A stretch of 64,000 nt of DNA from Marinicella sp. (GTDB taxonomy: Bacteria; Pseudomonadota; Gammaproteobacteria; Xanthomonadales; Marinicellaceae). Positions 46,597 through 56,590 of this stretch are shown here, one piece after another (the first letter of the stretch is position 1; each line of letters begins with the position of its first letter). Where the stretch lies: positions 64,001 to 128,000 of the forward strand of contig OZ246001.1 of assembly GCA_965230295.1 (NCBI GenBank). Reading direction: 5' to 3'. A program made the translations under genes and the position numbers. The notes under the pieces were generated by a model, which saw only the letters and a program-made list of their open reading frames with translations, was not told the DNA's origin and searched no databases.

Positions 46597-46612
46597 TTAG
46601 ATTATCATCTAA
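46597..46612. promoter_or_regulatory. putative ArsR/SdpR operator
   Basis: Inverted repeat TTAGAT-tatc-ATCTAA just upstream of the repressor start. Confidence 0.45.
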
Positions 46613-46718
46613 TTATCTATCTGTCAATTGAATTATAATGAATTCGAATGGGTTGAAGCAGCCTGAATTCAATCATGAATTTGTGTTTGCATGGGCCTCA
46701 CAGTCATCACATGAAATT

Positions 46719-47012
46719 ATGGATACAGTTAATCTTTACGGCGAATTCCTCACCCTGTTTTTATCACTGATCATTGCAGGAACTGGTCTAAATTTAGCCT
46801 TACAAAAACCAAGCAACAAAACTTATCGGCTGGGTGATAAAGACGTGTCCAGGCAAAAAGTTCATACCGCTGGAATGTTGGCCCTATTGGGTATTGTTAT
46901 CCAAGTGGTGTCAGACAGCATAGGAGCTTTGAATGGAAAAGAGTTGTTGTTGGATGAAAAAATCATTGGCGCATATGCCTTTGCATTGGCCGTAATGATC
47001 ATGAAAAAGTAA
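46719..47012 (+). CDS. small hypothetical membrane protein
   Basis: Three hydrophobic segments; start uncertain (46638 or 46719). Confidence 0.6.
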   Translation: MDTVNLYGEFLTLFLSLIIAGTGLNLALQKPSNKTYRLGDKDVSRQKVHTAGMLALLGIVIQVVSDSIGALNGKELLLDEKIIGAYAFALAVMIMKK

Positions 47013-47173
47013 CCCCAGTCATGGACAACATAAACCAATAAATCAGCAGACTTGAACAGCATCAATCAATCATCGACAGCTTACTGAATAGCAGTTAGAA
47101 TAATATGATAATAAATTGCCGGAACAACCAGGCTTTATCCAGGCCTACCCGGCCAACAGCAAGAGGAGCAATC

Positions 47174-47584
47174 ATGAATAAAGACGTTAAAATTGCAGCA
47201 ATGGTTATTGCAGCCATTATTTTAATTGCCATCATCGACAGCCCAAGCAACAGTTCATCAAGAGCTCAGCTGGCTTCAGGCAGCAGTTCGTCAGATAACA
47301 AGTCAAATCATAGTCAATCAAGCTCGACTTCTGCAGAAAAGTCCTGTTATCACAATGGGATTGAACTCAAAGGCAAGGTTCAATTTGTAGACTCATTTCC
47401 AGACCTCAAAATTAAATTCGTCAGTTCTTTTGCAGACATCAATGTTGAATTTGTTTCATCATTTCCGGATGATTGTGGCCAATGGCAAGAAGTGACCTCA
47501 TTTCCAGACTTCACCGTACAAGTGGTTGACTCATTCCCTGACATAGAAGTGAAGAAAGTCAGTTCATTTCCAGGCATGAACTGA
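47174..47584 (+). CDS. membrane-anchored protein with VxSFPD repeats (probable septoil-knot domain)
   Basis: GAGGAG RBS; TM helix, Ser-rich linker, six V-x-S-F-P-D-like repeats. Confidence 0.75.
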   Translation: MNKDVKIAAMVIAAIILIAIIDSPSNSSSRAQLASGSSSSDNKSNHSQSSSTSAEKSCYHNGIELKGKVQFVDSFPDLKIKFVSSFADINVEFVSSFPDDCGQWQEVTSFPDFTVQVVDSFPDIEVKKVSSFPGMN

Positions 47585-47678
47585 CAACAAAGCAGTACTG
47601 TTTACTCAGCAGAGGACTTGTCAGGCAACAAACAAAGCCCAATAGCCAGAGTCACAAAATATTGATTGAGAATTTAAC

Positions 47679-49619
47679 ATGAAAACAAGTTATCCCGTGA
47701 ATCCCAAGTTCGCACACACCGCCATTTGCGACAACACCAAATACCTTAAAATGTATCAGCAAAGCATTGATTCAAATGAAGATTTTTGGGCTGAACATGG
47801 CCAAAGACTGGACTGGTTTACACCATTCACTCAAATCAAAGACGTCTCTTATTCCAAGGATGACTTGCACATCAATTGGTATGCCGACGGCGAATTGAAT
47901 GTCAGTTACAACTGCATCGACAGACATTTAGCAACCAAAGGCAATCATACTGCCATCATCTGGGAAGGTGACAATCCTGAAGAGTCCAAACACATCAGTT
48001 ATGCTCAACTGCATCAGGAAGTTTGTCAATTTGCCAACACCTTAAAAAAATTAGGTGTGGTGAAAGGTGATCGCGTTACCTTGTACATGCCCATGATACC
48101 CGAAGCGGCTTATGCCATGCTGGCCTGTGCTCGAATTGGCGCCATTCATTCTGTGGTCTTCGGTGGATTTTCTCCAGATGCATTGGGTGACCGCATCATC
48201 AACTGTAAGTCGAAACTGGTGATCACCGCAGACCGTGGAATCAGGGGCAACAAAGCCATTCCCTTAAAAGCCAATGTCGACCAAGCTGCAAACAAGCCAG
48301 GGGTCAAAGACCACCTTGAATCTGTATTGGTGATCAAAACATCCGACCATGATGTAGATTGGCAAAATCATGATCATTGGTACCATGAAGTCAGTGCTGA
48401 TGTGGGTTCAGATTGCGAAGCCATACCACTCAATGCAGAAGATCCTTTGTTCATTTTATATACTTCAGGATCGACTGGTCAGCCCAAAGGCGTTTTGCAC
48501 ACATCGGGGGGTTACCTGGTTTACGCTTCAATGACCCATGAATATGTATTTGACATACACCCAGGCGACATTTATTGGTGCACCGCTGATGTGGGTTGGA
48601 TCACTGGTCACAGTTATGTGGTTTATGGACCATTGGCCAATGGTGGCACCACTTTGATGTTTGAAGGGGTGCCCAATTACCCTGATTTCAGCCGCTTCTG
48701 GCAAATTTGTGACAAACACCAGGTTAACGTGTGTTACACCGCCCCCACCGCCATCAGGGCTTTGATGAAAGAAGGTGATGACCCAGTTAAATTGACAGCC
48801 AGGAAGTCTCTACGGGTACTTGGCACTGTCGGTGAACCCATCAACCCAGAAGCATGGAAATGGTACCATGAAGTGGTTGGTGATGAACGCTGTCCCATTG
48901 TGGATACCTGGTGGCAAACAGAAACGGGTGGTATCATGATCACCCCTTTACCTGGTGCCACAGATCTCAAACCGGGCTCTGCCACCCGACCATTTTTTGG
49001 TATCAAACCTGCTTTGTTAGACAATGAGGGTCAAGAATTGTCAGGCGTCAGTGCCGGCAACTTGGTCATCACAGACTCATGGCCAGGCCAAATGCGCACT
49101 GTATTTGGAGACCATGACCGATTTTATGCCACCTATTTTGCCGCCTTTGACAACGTCTACACCACAGGAGATGGTGCCAGGCGTGATGAAGACGGTTATT
49201 ACTGGATCACTGGTAGAACCGATGATGTGCTGAATGTTTCCGGCCATCGCATGGGTACTGCTGAAGTAGAAAGTGCTTTGGTTGCGCATGCAGGCGTGGC
49301 CGAAGCTGCGGTGGTGGGTTATCCGCATGAAATCAAAGGCCAAGGCATTTATGCCTATGTCACGTTGGTTAATGGGGTCAGTGAAAGTGAGGATCTCAGG
49401 TCTGAATTGGTACAATGGGTGCGCAAAGAAATTGGACCCATTGCCACTCCAGATAAAATTCAATGGGCTCCGGGTTTACCTAAGACACGCAGCGGTAAGA
49501 TCATGCGCAGAATATTGCGCAAAATCGCCGCCAATGAACACCATGACCTTGGCGACACATCAACATTGGCCGAACCAGAAGTGGTGACCAACTTGATCAG
49601 TAACCGCTTGAACAGGTGA
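47679..49619 (+). CDS. acs: acetyl-CoA synthetase
   Basis: [32 protein letters not shown]. Confidence 0.98.
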   Translation: MKTSYPVNPKFAHTAICDNTKYLKMYQQSIDSNEDFWAEHGQRLDWFTPFTQIKDVSYSKDDLHINWYADGELNVSYNCIDRHLATKGNHTAIIWEGDNPEESKHISYAQLHQEVCQFANTLKKLGVVKGDRVTLYMPMIPEAAYAMLACARIGAIHSVVFGGFSPDALGDRIINCKSKLVITADRGIRGNKAIPLKANVDQAANKPGVKDHLESVLVIKTSDHDVDWQNHDHWYHEVSADVGSDCEAIPLNAEDPLFILYTSGSTGQPKGVLHTSGGYLVYASMTHEYVFDIHPGDIYWCTADVGWITGHSYVVYGPLANGGTTLMFEGVPNYPDFSRFWQICDKHQVNVCYTAPTAIRALMKEGDDPVKLTARKSLRVLGTVGEPINPEAWKWYHEVVGDERCPIVDTWWQTETGGIMITPLPGATDLKPGSATRPFFGIKPALLDNEGQELSGVSAGNLVITDSWPGQMRTVFGDHDRFYATYFAAFDNVYTTGDGARRDEDGYYWITGRTDDVLNVSGHRMGTAEVESALVAHAGVAEAAVVGYPHEIKGQGIYAYVTLVNGVSESEDLRSELVQWVRKEIGPIATPDKIQWAPGLPKTRSGKIMRRILRKIAANEHHDLGDTSTLAEPEVVTNLISNRLNR

Positions 49620-50060
49620 TAAGTAAACTGTGTACGCTGCTATTCACCACCCAAATTCCTTCATATTCATCCAACATTTAACACCCTCATTCATTGTTGG
49701 ACAAAAGGTCACTTGTGGATATCTGAAGACCCTAGTGATGAGCGCATTGTTCATAACTTGAACCATTAGCCGAACCATCAAGCGAACCATTTAAAGGAAT
49801 GTTCTTGGGGCTTCATTCTGGGAAATGGTCTGACAGGTCTTCATATTTGCTGCGCAAATAAACCGACCTTTACAGACTATTGTCTGAGCAGTTGTTTCGC
49901 ACTGCATGTCTGTTCCTGACAAAAGTGAAAACGACTGCTTACATGGATGTAAGTATGCAGCGATAGCAGGCAGGAATTGTTCCCAACAATTCTCTGCATT
50001 CACCCCGTCCTGGGGATCGATGCGGTAGCTGCCGAGGCGAACATGACTTACTACCTCGCA

Positions 50061-50256
50061 CGCACTGCGGCATTCAAATCGGGCTTCTTTATCTTCGATA
50101 AAACCGCCCAACTTTCATTGCCTGTGCTATAACGCCATTCACATAAGGCTTATTGACTTCGTCAAACCGCCATGATTTCATTCACGCGCTACGGCATTCT
50201 AGGCAGGCTTCTTCATCTTCGATGAAACCGCCAACCTTTCATCACCTGCGCTGCCT
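50061..50256. repeat. three degenerate ~62-bp hairpin repeats
   Basis: CATTC...GGCTT-stem-TTC-stem-ACCGCC...TTTCAT units; CTTCG at 50093, 50157, 50217. Confidence 0.7.
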
Positions 50257-50351
50257 AACCGGCTCGGCGAGTCAGGCTGCTCAGCAGCTTTCTATTGATC
50301 CATGTTTTTGAATGTGATAATATTCAATATTTACTGAATTTATTATATTTT

Positions 50352-50798
50352 ATGAATTTTATTGAACATATGGCTAGATTCTTCGATGAAATTGGCCAAG
50401 GTTCTATGAGTGGAAGGGTCTTTGGTCATTTATTGGTTTGTCAGCCACCTAAACAAAGAGCTGTTGATATTCAAGAAGCCACAGGTGCATCAGCCGGTAC
50501 GGTGCACGGCATATTGAAGTCTTACGTGTCAGCAGGATTGGTCCAAAGGAACAGCGAAGCTGGAAGTAAAACGATGTGGTATGAAATCACCCAGGATGCC
50601 TTTATTTCAATGCTCACTGCTCGCTTGGAAATGATCAAAAAAATGGTTCATTTGGCTGATCTTGGCCTGTCAGAATACTCTGCGGATCACTCAAAAAATC
50701 ACAGACTGGAATCAATGAAAATCTGTTATGAATATTTTGAACAAGCCTTTCCGGCAATGATAGCAAACTACCGCAAAAGTATACTTAAAGATGAATAA
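50352..50798 (+). CDS. GbsR/MarR family transcriptional regulator
   Basis: FIEHMARFF...GRVFGHLL..PP, winged HTH, RLESM..YEYF. Confidence 0.8.
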   Translation: MNFIEHMARFFDEIGQGSMSGRVFGHLLVCQPPKQRAVDIQEATGASAGTVHGILKSYVSAGLVQRNSEAGSKTMWYEITQDAFISMLTARLEMIKKMVHLADLGLSEYSADHSKNHRLESMKICYEYFEQAFPAMIANYRKSILKDE

Positions 50799-51405
50799 TC
50801 AAGTCTTTTTTATAGCCATGTTGACTTGGTTGATTTGCCAATCATTGGCCGTAATCATGCTTCGTTTGGGATTTAAACACATCCATCACAATTTCCTCAG
50901 CAAAGTGGGCAAATTAGCTCACCAACAAAAAATGAAAGCTTTGGTTAAATATTGGCCATTGAATCAGATCATCCCTGCACTACACCGCAATAAAAAAGGG
51001 TTATGTCAATTGATACTGACCGTTTTGATCGCATTGAAAAGCCTCATGTGTTTTGTTTTTGGGCCTGTCATGCTTTTATGGCTGCCCTTGGCTGCCTATG
51101 CGGTTCCTGCCATCATCTCAGCACATCGAACTGAAAATAAAAAATTGACTGAATGGGTCAGCCGAATTTCTATTTGGCAAGTCACCAGCCACTCCCTGGC
51201 TGCAACTGCAGGTACTCTGTTGATTTTTGCTTGGTGGAATGATAACACTGACATCATAGTTGGGGATATGACGTTCATCATGACAATGATTGTGTTCATC
51301 AGTGCTTCAATCATCAGTGCCTTTGTGGCCGGTAAGCTAGAAGCCAAGATGTTAATGTACTTGTATGCAATGAATTTTTTAGGTGAACTGAAAAAAGCCG
51401 ATTGA
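50791..51405 (+). CDS. hypothetical membrane protein
   Basis: Multiple TM segments; overlaps the regulator stop. Confidence 0.7.
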   Translation: MNNQVFFIAMLTWLICQSLAVIMLRLGFKHIHHNFLSKVGKLAHQQKMKALVKYWPLNQIIPALHRNKKGLCQLILTVLIALKSLMCFVFGPVMLLWLPLAAYAVPAIISAHRTENKKLTEWVSRISIWQVTSHSLAATAGTLLIFAWWNDNTDIIVGDMTFIMTMIVFISASIISAFVAGKLEAKMLMYLYAMNFLGELKKAD

Positions 51406-51568
51406 ACCAACACCCTGGTTCATTTTCACCATTGGATTATTGAGTCCAAAAGACTTTCATACAGTCATGTCATATAACTGATTGATCAATGCACCAGATG
51501 AAATCCCTGAAGCATTCCTTTGGAGATTTTGATACACTCGAACCAGTCCGTTATATTGTGAGAGTCGC

Positions 51569-51841
51569 ATGCCTAGTGATAACAACGCAGCAGATAACAA
51601 CCATGCTGAATATTGGAAAGCCAACCTCAAACTCATGGCCGTGTTATTGACCATTTGGTTTTTGGTTTCATTTATTTGCGGTATCCTGTTAGTCGATCAA
51701 TTGAACCAAATACAATTTGCCGGCTTTAAATTGGGTTTTTGGATGGCTCAACAAGGCTCCTTGTATGTCTTTCTTATACTGATTTTCATTTATGTTCGAC
51801 GCATGAACACATTGGACAAAAAATTTGGTGTAGAAGAGTAA
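51569..51841 (+). CDS. DUF4212/DUF485 solute:sodium symporter small subunit
   Basis: YWKANL, GFKLGFWMAQQGS, MNTLDKKFGV. Confidence 0.92.
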   Translation: MPSDNNAADNNHAEYWKANLKLMAVLLTIWFLVSFICGILLVDQLNQIQFAGFKLGFWMAQQGSLYVFLILIFIYVRRMNTLDKKFGVEE

Positions 51842-51848
51842 ATAAGTC

Positions 51849-53591
51849 ATGGATCTAAAAACCTTAACCACAACAGTCGTATTCGCTTCCTTTCTTTTAT
51901 ACATCGCCATTGCCATCTGGTCAAAAGCCAAAAGTACCGGCGATTTTTATGTGGCTGGAAAACATGTCAATCCCGTGGCCAATGGCATGGCCACTGCCGC
52001 AGACTGGATGTCAGCCGCATCATTCATCTCTATGGCCGGTATCATCGCATTCGTCGGATATGATGCCTCTGTTTATTTGATGGGGTGGACCGGAGGATAT
52101 GTTTTATTGGCCCTGTTGTTGGCACCCTATTTAAGAAAATTTGGCAAATTCACTGTGCCTGAATTCATTGGTGAGCGCTATTATTCCAAAACTGCCAGAA
52201 TTGTCGCCGTAATTTGTTTGATCATCATTTCATTCACCTATGTGGCTGGCCAAATGCGCGGCGTAGGTATAGTATTCTCACGGTTTTTAGAGGTGGAAAT
52301 CATCACTGGCTTGATGATTGGCATGGGCATTGTGTTTTTCTATGCAGTACTTGGTGGTATGAAAGGCATTACCTACACGCAGGTGGCCCAATATTGTGTG
52401 TTGATATTTGCTTATATGGTTCCAGCCATTTTTATTTCCATTCAAGCCACAGGCAACCCGATCCCACAACTGGCTTTTGGCAGTGAAGTGACAGGTGAAA
52501 GCATTTCATTGCTCAGCAAACTGGACGGTTTGGTCCAATCTTTAGGCTTTACTGCATTCACTGAAGGCTCTAAAAGTACCGTTGATCTATTCTTCATCAC
52601 TGCAGCCTTGATGGTCGGTACTGCTGGCCTGCCGCATGTGATTGTGAGATTCTTTACAGTTCCTAAGGTCTCTGATGCCAGAAAATCAGCCTTTTGGGCC
52701 CTATTTTTTATTTGTATCCTTTACACCACAGCTCCAGCAGTGGGCGCTTTGGCCAAGTTAAATTTAATCGAAACCATTCAACCAGGTCCAGTGGGTTCAA
52801 ACGCGGGCAATTTACTCTATGAACAAAAACCTGACTGGTTCGCCACTTGGGAGAAAACCGGTTTACTCTCCTTCGAGGATAAAAATGGTGATGGCAGAAT
52901 TCAATATTACAATGATCAAAACCTGGAATTTGAACCCATCGCACAAAGGTATGGCTGGGCAGGTAACGAGCTGACTGTTGATCGCGACATCATGGTCTTG
53001 GCCAATCCGGAAATTGCTCAGTTACCCAATTGGGTCATTGCCTTGATCGCTGCAGGCGGCATTGCTGCGGCATTGTCTACCGCTGCAGGATTGTTGTTAG
53101 TCATCTCGGCCGCCATCTCACATGACTTGGTCAAAGGTGTCTTTGCGCCCCATATTTCAGAAAAGAAAGAATTGCTGACAGGCAGGATTGCCGCTGCATT
53201 TGCCATCATGGTGGCAGGATACCTCGGTGCCAACCCGCCTGGGTTTGTCGCCCAAGTGGTGGCGCTGGCGTTCGGTTTGGCGGCTTCCTCTTTGTTCCCT
53301 GCTATCTTGATGGGCATTTTCAGCAAAAGAACCAACAAAGCGGGAGCCATTTCTGGAATGATTGTGGGTATTTTGTTTACCCTCAGCTACATCATATTCT
53401 TTAAGTTCATCCACCCGGAAATGAACAATGCCGACCATTGGTGGTTTGGCATTTCGCCAGAAGGTATTGGCACATTGGGCATGGTTTTGAATTTTATGGT
53501 CGCCATTACAATCAGCAAACTCACCGCTCCACCACCCTCAGCAGTACAAGATTTGGTTGAATCAATCCGTGTACCCAAATCAATGGCCTGA
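51849..53591 (+). CDS. actP: cation/acetate symporter (SSS family)
   Basis: NGMATAADWMSAASF, GGMKGITYTQ, GTAGLPHV; near acs. Confidence 0.88.
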   Translation: MDLKTLTTTVVFASFLLYIAIAIWSKAKSTGDFYVAGKHVNPVANGMATAADWMSAASFISMAGIIAFVGYDASVYLMGWTGGYVLLALLLAPYLRKFGKFTVPEFIGERYYSKTARIVAVICLIIISFTYVAGQMRGVGIVFSRFLEVEIITGLMIGMGIVFFYAVLGGMKGITYTQVAQYCVLIFAYMVPAIFISIQATGNPIPQLAFGSEVTGESISLLSKLDGLVQSLGFTAFTEGSKSTVDLFFITAALMVGTAGLPHVIVRFFTVPKVSDARKSAFWALFFICILYTTAPAVGALAKLNLIETIQPGPVGSNAGNLLYEQKPDWFATWEKTGLLSFEDKNGDGRIQYYNDQNLEFEPIAQRYGWAGNELTVDRDIMVLANPEIAQLPNWVIALIAAGGIAAALSTAAGLLLVISAAISHDLVKGVFAPHISEKKELLTGRIAAAFAIMVAGYLGANPPGFVAQVVALAFGLAASSLFPAILMGIFSKRTNKAGAISGMIVGILFTLSYIIFFKFIHPEMNNADHWWFGISPEGIGTLGMVLNFMVAITISKLTAPPPSAVQDLVESIRVPKSMA

Positions 53592-53744
53592 AGATAAATA
53601 GCCATGCTTCTTCTGGCATGATTTCTGTTGAATAAATTCAAGCCTCAATAGAAATGATACATGTGTTATTTAAGCCCCTTTTCCAGCAGCCAATGGTTTG
53701 TTATCCTCATTACAGCCTCAAATGTCTGACACTGCTGTCGAATG

Positions 53745-53780
53745 GTTGGTTTTGATGGATGCACCTCCACCAAAACCAAC
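53745..53780. terminator. hairpin between convergent genes
   Basis: GTTGGTTTTG...CAAAACCAAC. Confidence 0.5.
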
Positions 53781-53800
53781 TGGTCATTGACATGCTATAG

Positions 53801-54817
53801 TTACCCTGACTTTTTATTGCTCGAATCCATCCTGTTGTGACTGACTTGCTTGAAACCCATCAAAACAATGAACAACAGCAACAACAGCCCAGTATATAAA
53901 TTCAAGACAGGAACAGGTTGAGCTGTTACCGGGCCAGAGCCAAAAGTCAATTGGGCCTGACCTGATGGACTGGTTGCCAAAGCCGAGTTGAACATGCTCT
54001 GTGCGTTGATGGCTCCAGTTATATCAGCTTGCAACACCCTGATCACAAAAGGATCTGGAGAAAAATCAGGCACAGGCTCAACTGATATGAAGGCTCGATG
54101 CCCTACAGATAAATCCCGCAATGGGCTGATGAAGTCTTGTCCAGGAAACGGCAACCCTTCTCCCAACCCTGAAGTTGGGCCTGGTCCGTCACTGTCAGCC
54201 TCATTGGCCAGCCTAAATGACCCGGTTGATATATTTTGATCTAAGCCAACATCGTAGACCCAACCTTGATAGATCCATCCTTCGGGCAGATCAACCAGTG
54301 ACAAGCCTGCTGTCAGTGTAACCAATCCAGACATATACCAAATACCATTTTCTAGTGAGCTGCCTTTGTCACCTGTTGGGTTTGCCAATGTAAATTGACC
54401 CAAAACCCCTGTTAAGTCGTCAGATATTGCATTGGGATGCCCGATGCTTAAAGAAGCAACACCCGCAGTGATCGTCCCGGCCAACAGCCTTGAATCTGCT
54501 GGTTCCGGCTGTGGATCCGGATTGGATTCAATGGTAACCATAACGACTGTGGCCTGTTCCGCAATTTGATCTTCAACACTGAATGTATCTGGACTTAAGG
54601 AGCCCGTTTCATTGACTGAAAAGGTTCCCACTGATACGGGAGCGTCGTCAACCACAACCCAAGCCTCATAACTGGCTTCCATGCCCAAGTCAACCAGACC
54701 ATTGATGTTCAATTCCAGTTCAGCGGCACTTAATCGTGACATGATGAAACCGGTCAGAACCACCCAATAAATGAACCCAACAATTAATCGATTCCTCGCT
54801 ATAGTTGAAGCCTTCAT
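53801..54817 (-). CDS. exported protein with IPTL-CTERM-like sorting tail
   Basis: Signal peptide; YEAWV and YQGWV repeated modules; PVPVLN-hydrophobic helix-basic tail. Confidence 0.75.
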   Translation of the reverse strand: MKASTIARNRLIVGFIYWVVLTGFIMSRLSAAELELNINGLVDLGMEASYEAWVVVDDAPVSVGTFSVNETGSLSPDTFSVEDQIAEQATVVMVTIESNPDPQPEPADSRLLAGTITAGVASLSIGHPNAISDDLTGVLGQFTLANPTGDKGSSLENGIWYMSGLVTLTAGLSLVDLPEGWIYQGWVYDVGLDQNISTGSFRLANEADSDGPGPTSGLGEGLPFPGQDFISPLRDLSVGHRAFISVEPVPDFSPDPFVIRVLQADITGAINAQSMFNSALATSPSGQAQLTFGSGPVTAQPVPVLNLYTGLLLLLFIVLMGFKQVSHNRMDSSNKKSG

Positions 54818-56412
54818 TGTGCAATCGCTCCAAATCCATTTTTAAAGATCAAATCTGCAGGTGTTAAGCCTATCACTTCAATGGCACCAGCATCCAAATC
54901 AGCATCTGTTGACTGATTCCCTGGTAGGCCGACCACCAACTCAACGGATGATCCAAACTGACCAACAGCCAACGCATGTCCATATTGGTCGTTCAAAGCG
55001 TTCGCCGGCCGGTACTCATCACCGTTCAGAGAAACCCCTGAAGCGCTGCCATACAGGACATTAATACCACCGGCTTGGTCCACCATACCAGACCCGTCAA
55101 AACCAATGTCATTGGGGGTCCCAACTATCACGTCATCAAACCCGTCATGATTCAAATCCGCCAGCAACACCACATCACCAAATCGCTCATTATCCGCACC
55201 TGTACCCATGACGTCTGAATTTTCCTGGGTTATGATTTGCGACCCATTCTCGGAAAGTGAAGCGCTGTTGCCATAAAGCACGTTGATGGCTCCATTATCG
55301 ACCAAACCAGCAGCATTGGAGTCTTCTCTCCACACACCAACAACCAAATCCGCAAAACCGTCACCGTTGATGTCACCGGTTGCCAGTGAGTGCCCAAACT
55401 CATCACCTGCTTCAACCAAACCAGCCACAGCTCCAGATTGAGACCTGATGTAGTCATTGGTACTGACACCGGAAACGGTACTGCCTGAGAAGATATGCAC
55501 AATACCAGCTTCATCTTCTCCATCCACTTCTTCGCCCGGCACCCCAACTGCCAAGTCATCAACACCATCACCATCGAAGTCCGCAGCTGCCAAACTCCAC
55601 CCGAATAAATCTCCAGCTTCGGCATCTTCGAGTACATTGAATGAGTTTTGAGTCAAGACTTCACGGTCTTCAACATCAACCCCACTGGATGAACCATAAA
55701 ACACATGCACCTGCCCTTGGTTGGTGTTTTGTCCTACATTGCCTAAATCTTCCAATGGAGTCCCAACGGCAAGATCATCAAAACCATCCGCATCAAAATC
55801 ACCGGCTGCTAAAGATCGACCAAATTGGTCCAAGGCCTCAACATTGGCTGTGGCCTGTGAGCCAGTGTCGGTGTTGATCAACGCATATGAGTCACCAAAA
55901 TTGTCATTTGAACCATAAAATATATTCACTGCCCCAGCATTCAATAGACTGTTACTACTGAACAGGTCTTCTGCAGGTACACCCACCACCAAGTCGTCGA
56001 TACCATCACCGTTAAAATCTCCGGTTACCAGCGTGCGACCAAAAAAATCATTTTCTTCAAGGTCATCAATGCTGGCATCCTGAATCAACAACACCGAATC
56101 GCTGCCTAAGCCTGAAGGGCTTCCAAACATCACCAACACAGCCCCTGAATTTTCTATCAGAACGAATAAATTAAAATCATAAGAAGGTATACCGATGGCT
56201 AAATCAATGAAGCCATCACCATTGTAATCACCATTGGCTAAGGCATAACCAAATTCATCATCTGCTGACGTTTCAAGCCCGCCTAAACCCAGGTTTGAAT
56301 CTAAATCGATCGTCCTGAATTCATCCAATGAGCGATTATGATCTGATAACAAGGCATGAGAAACACCCACAAATGTAACCACCAAAAAGCCTAAACACAT
56401 TATTTTTTTCAT
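54814..56412 (-). CDS. FG-GAP (integrin-alpha-like) beta-propeller protein
   Basis: Repeated FG..LA.GDF.GDG.DDL.VG.P..AGAV units; C-terminal DLIFKNGF. Confidence 0.92.
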   Translation of the reverse strand: MKKIMCLGFLVVTFVGVSHALLSDHNRSLDEFRTIDLDSNLGLGGLETSADDEFGYALANGDYNGDGFIDLAIGIPSYDFNLFVLIENSGAVLVMFGSPSGLGSDSVLLIQDASIDDLEENDFFGRTLVTGDFNGDGIDDLVVGVPAEDLFSSNSLLNAGAVNIFYGSNDNFGDSYALINTDTGSQATANVEALDQFGRSLAAGDFDADGFDDLAVGTPLEDLGNVGQNTNQGQVHVFYGSSSGVDVEDREVLTQNSFNVLEDAEAGDLFGWSLAAADFDGDGVDDLAVGVPGEEVDGEDEAGIVHIFSGSTVSGVSTNDYIRSQSGAVAGLVEAGDEFGHSLATGDINGDGFADLVVGVWREDSNAAGLVDNGAINVLYGNSASLSENGSQIITQENSDVMGTGADNERFGDVVLLADLNHDGFDDVIVGTPNDIGFDGSGMVDQAGGINVLYGSASGVSLNGDEYRPANALNDQYGHALAVGQFGSSVELVVGLPGNQSTDADLDAGAIEVIGLTPADLIFKNGFGAIAQ

Positions 56413-56590
56413 TCTTTACTCCTATTAAATTCCAGCCTTGAACACACGTTCCTGGCATCAAAAGCATCGTAAATAAATGCCTTCTAAATAGGATGATGAA
56501 ACCCTGATGATTGAATGATGATTAAAGAAAAGCCCCGAACAGCATGAGTTCGGGTTAATAAATTTGCTGACAGACTAGGATCAGTTAACC

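Noticed and set aside
49791-50111. 106-aa ORF
   Set aside because: Lies across palindromic repeats, no recognisable motif or RBS; likely spurious
50061-50256. Possible CRISPR array (period about 62 bp)
   Set aside because: Units are degenerate along their whole length with no identical repeat/unique spacer pattern; no cas genes
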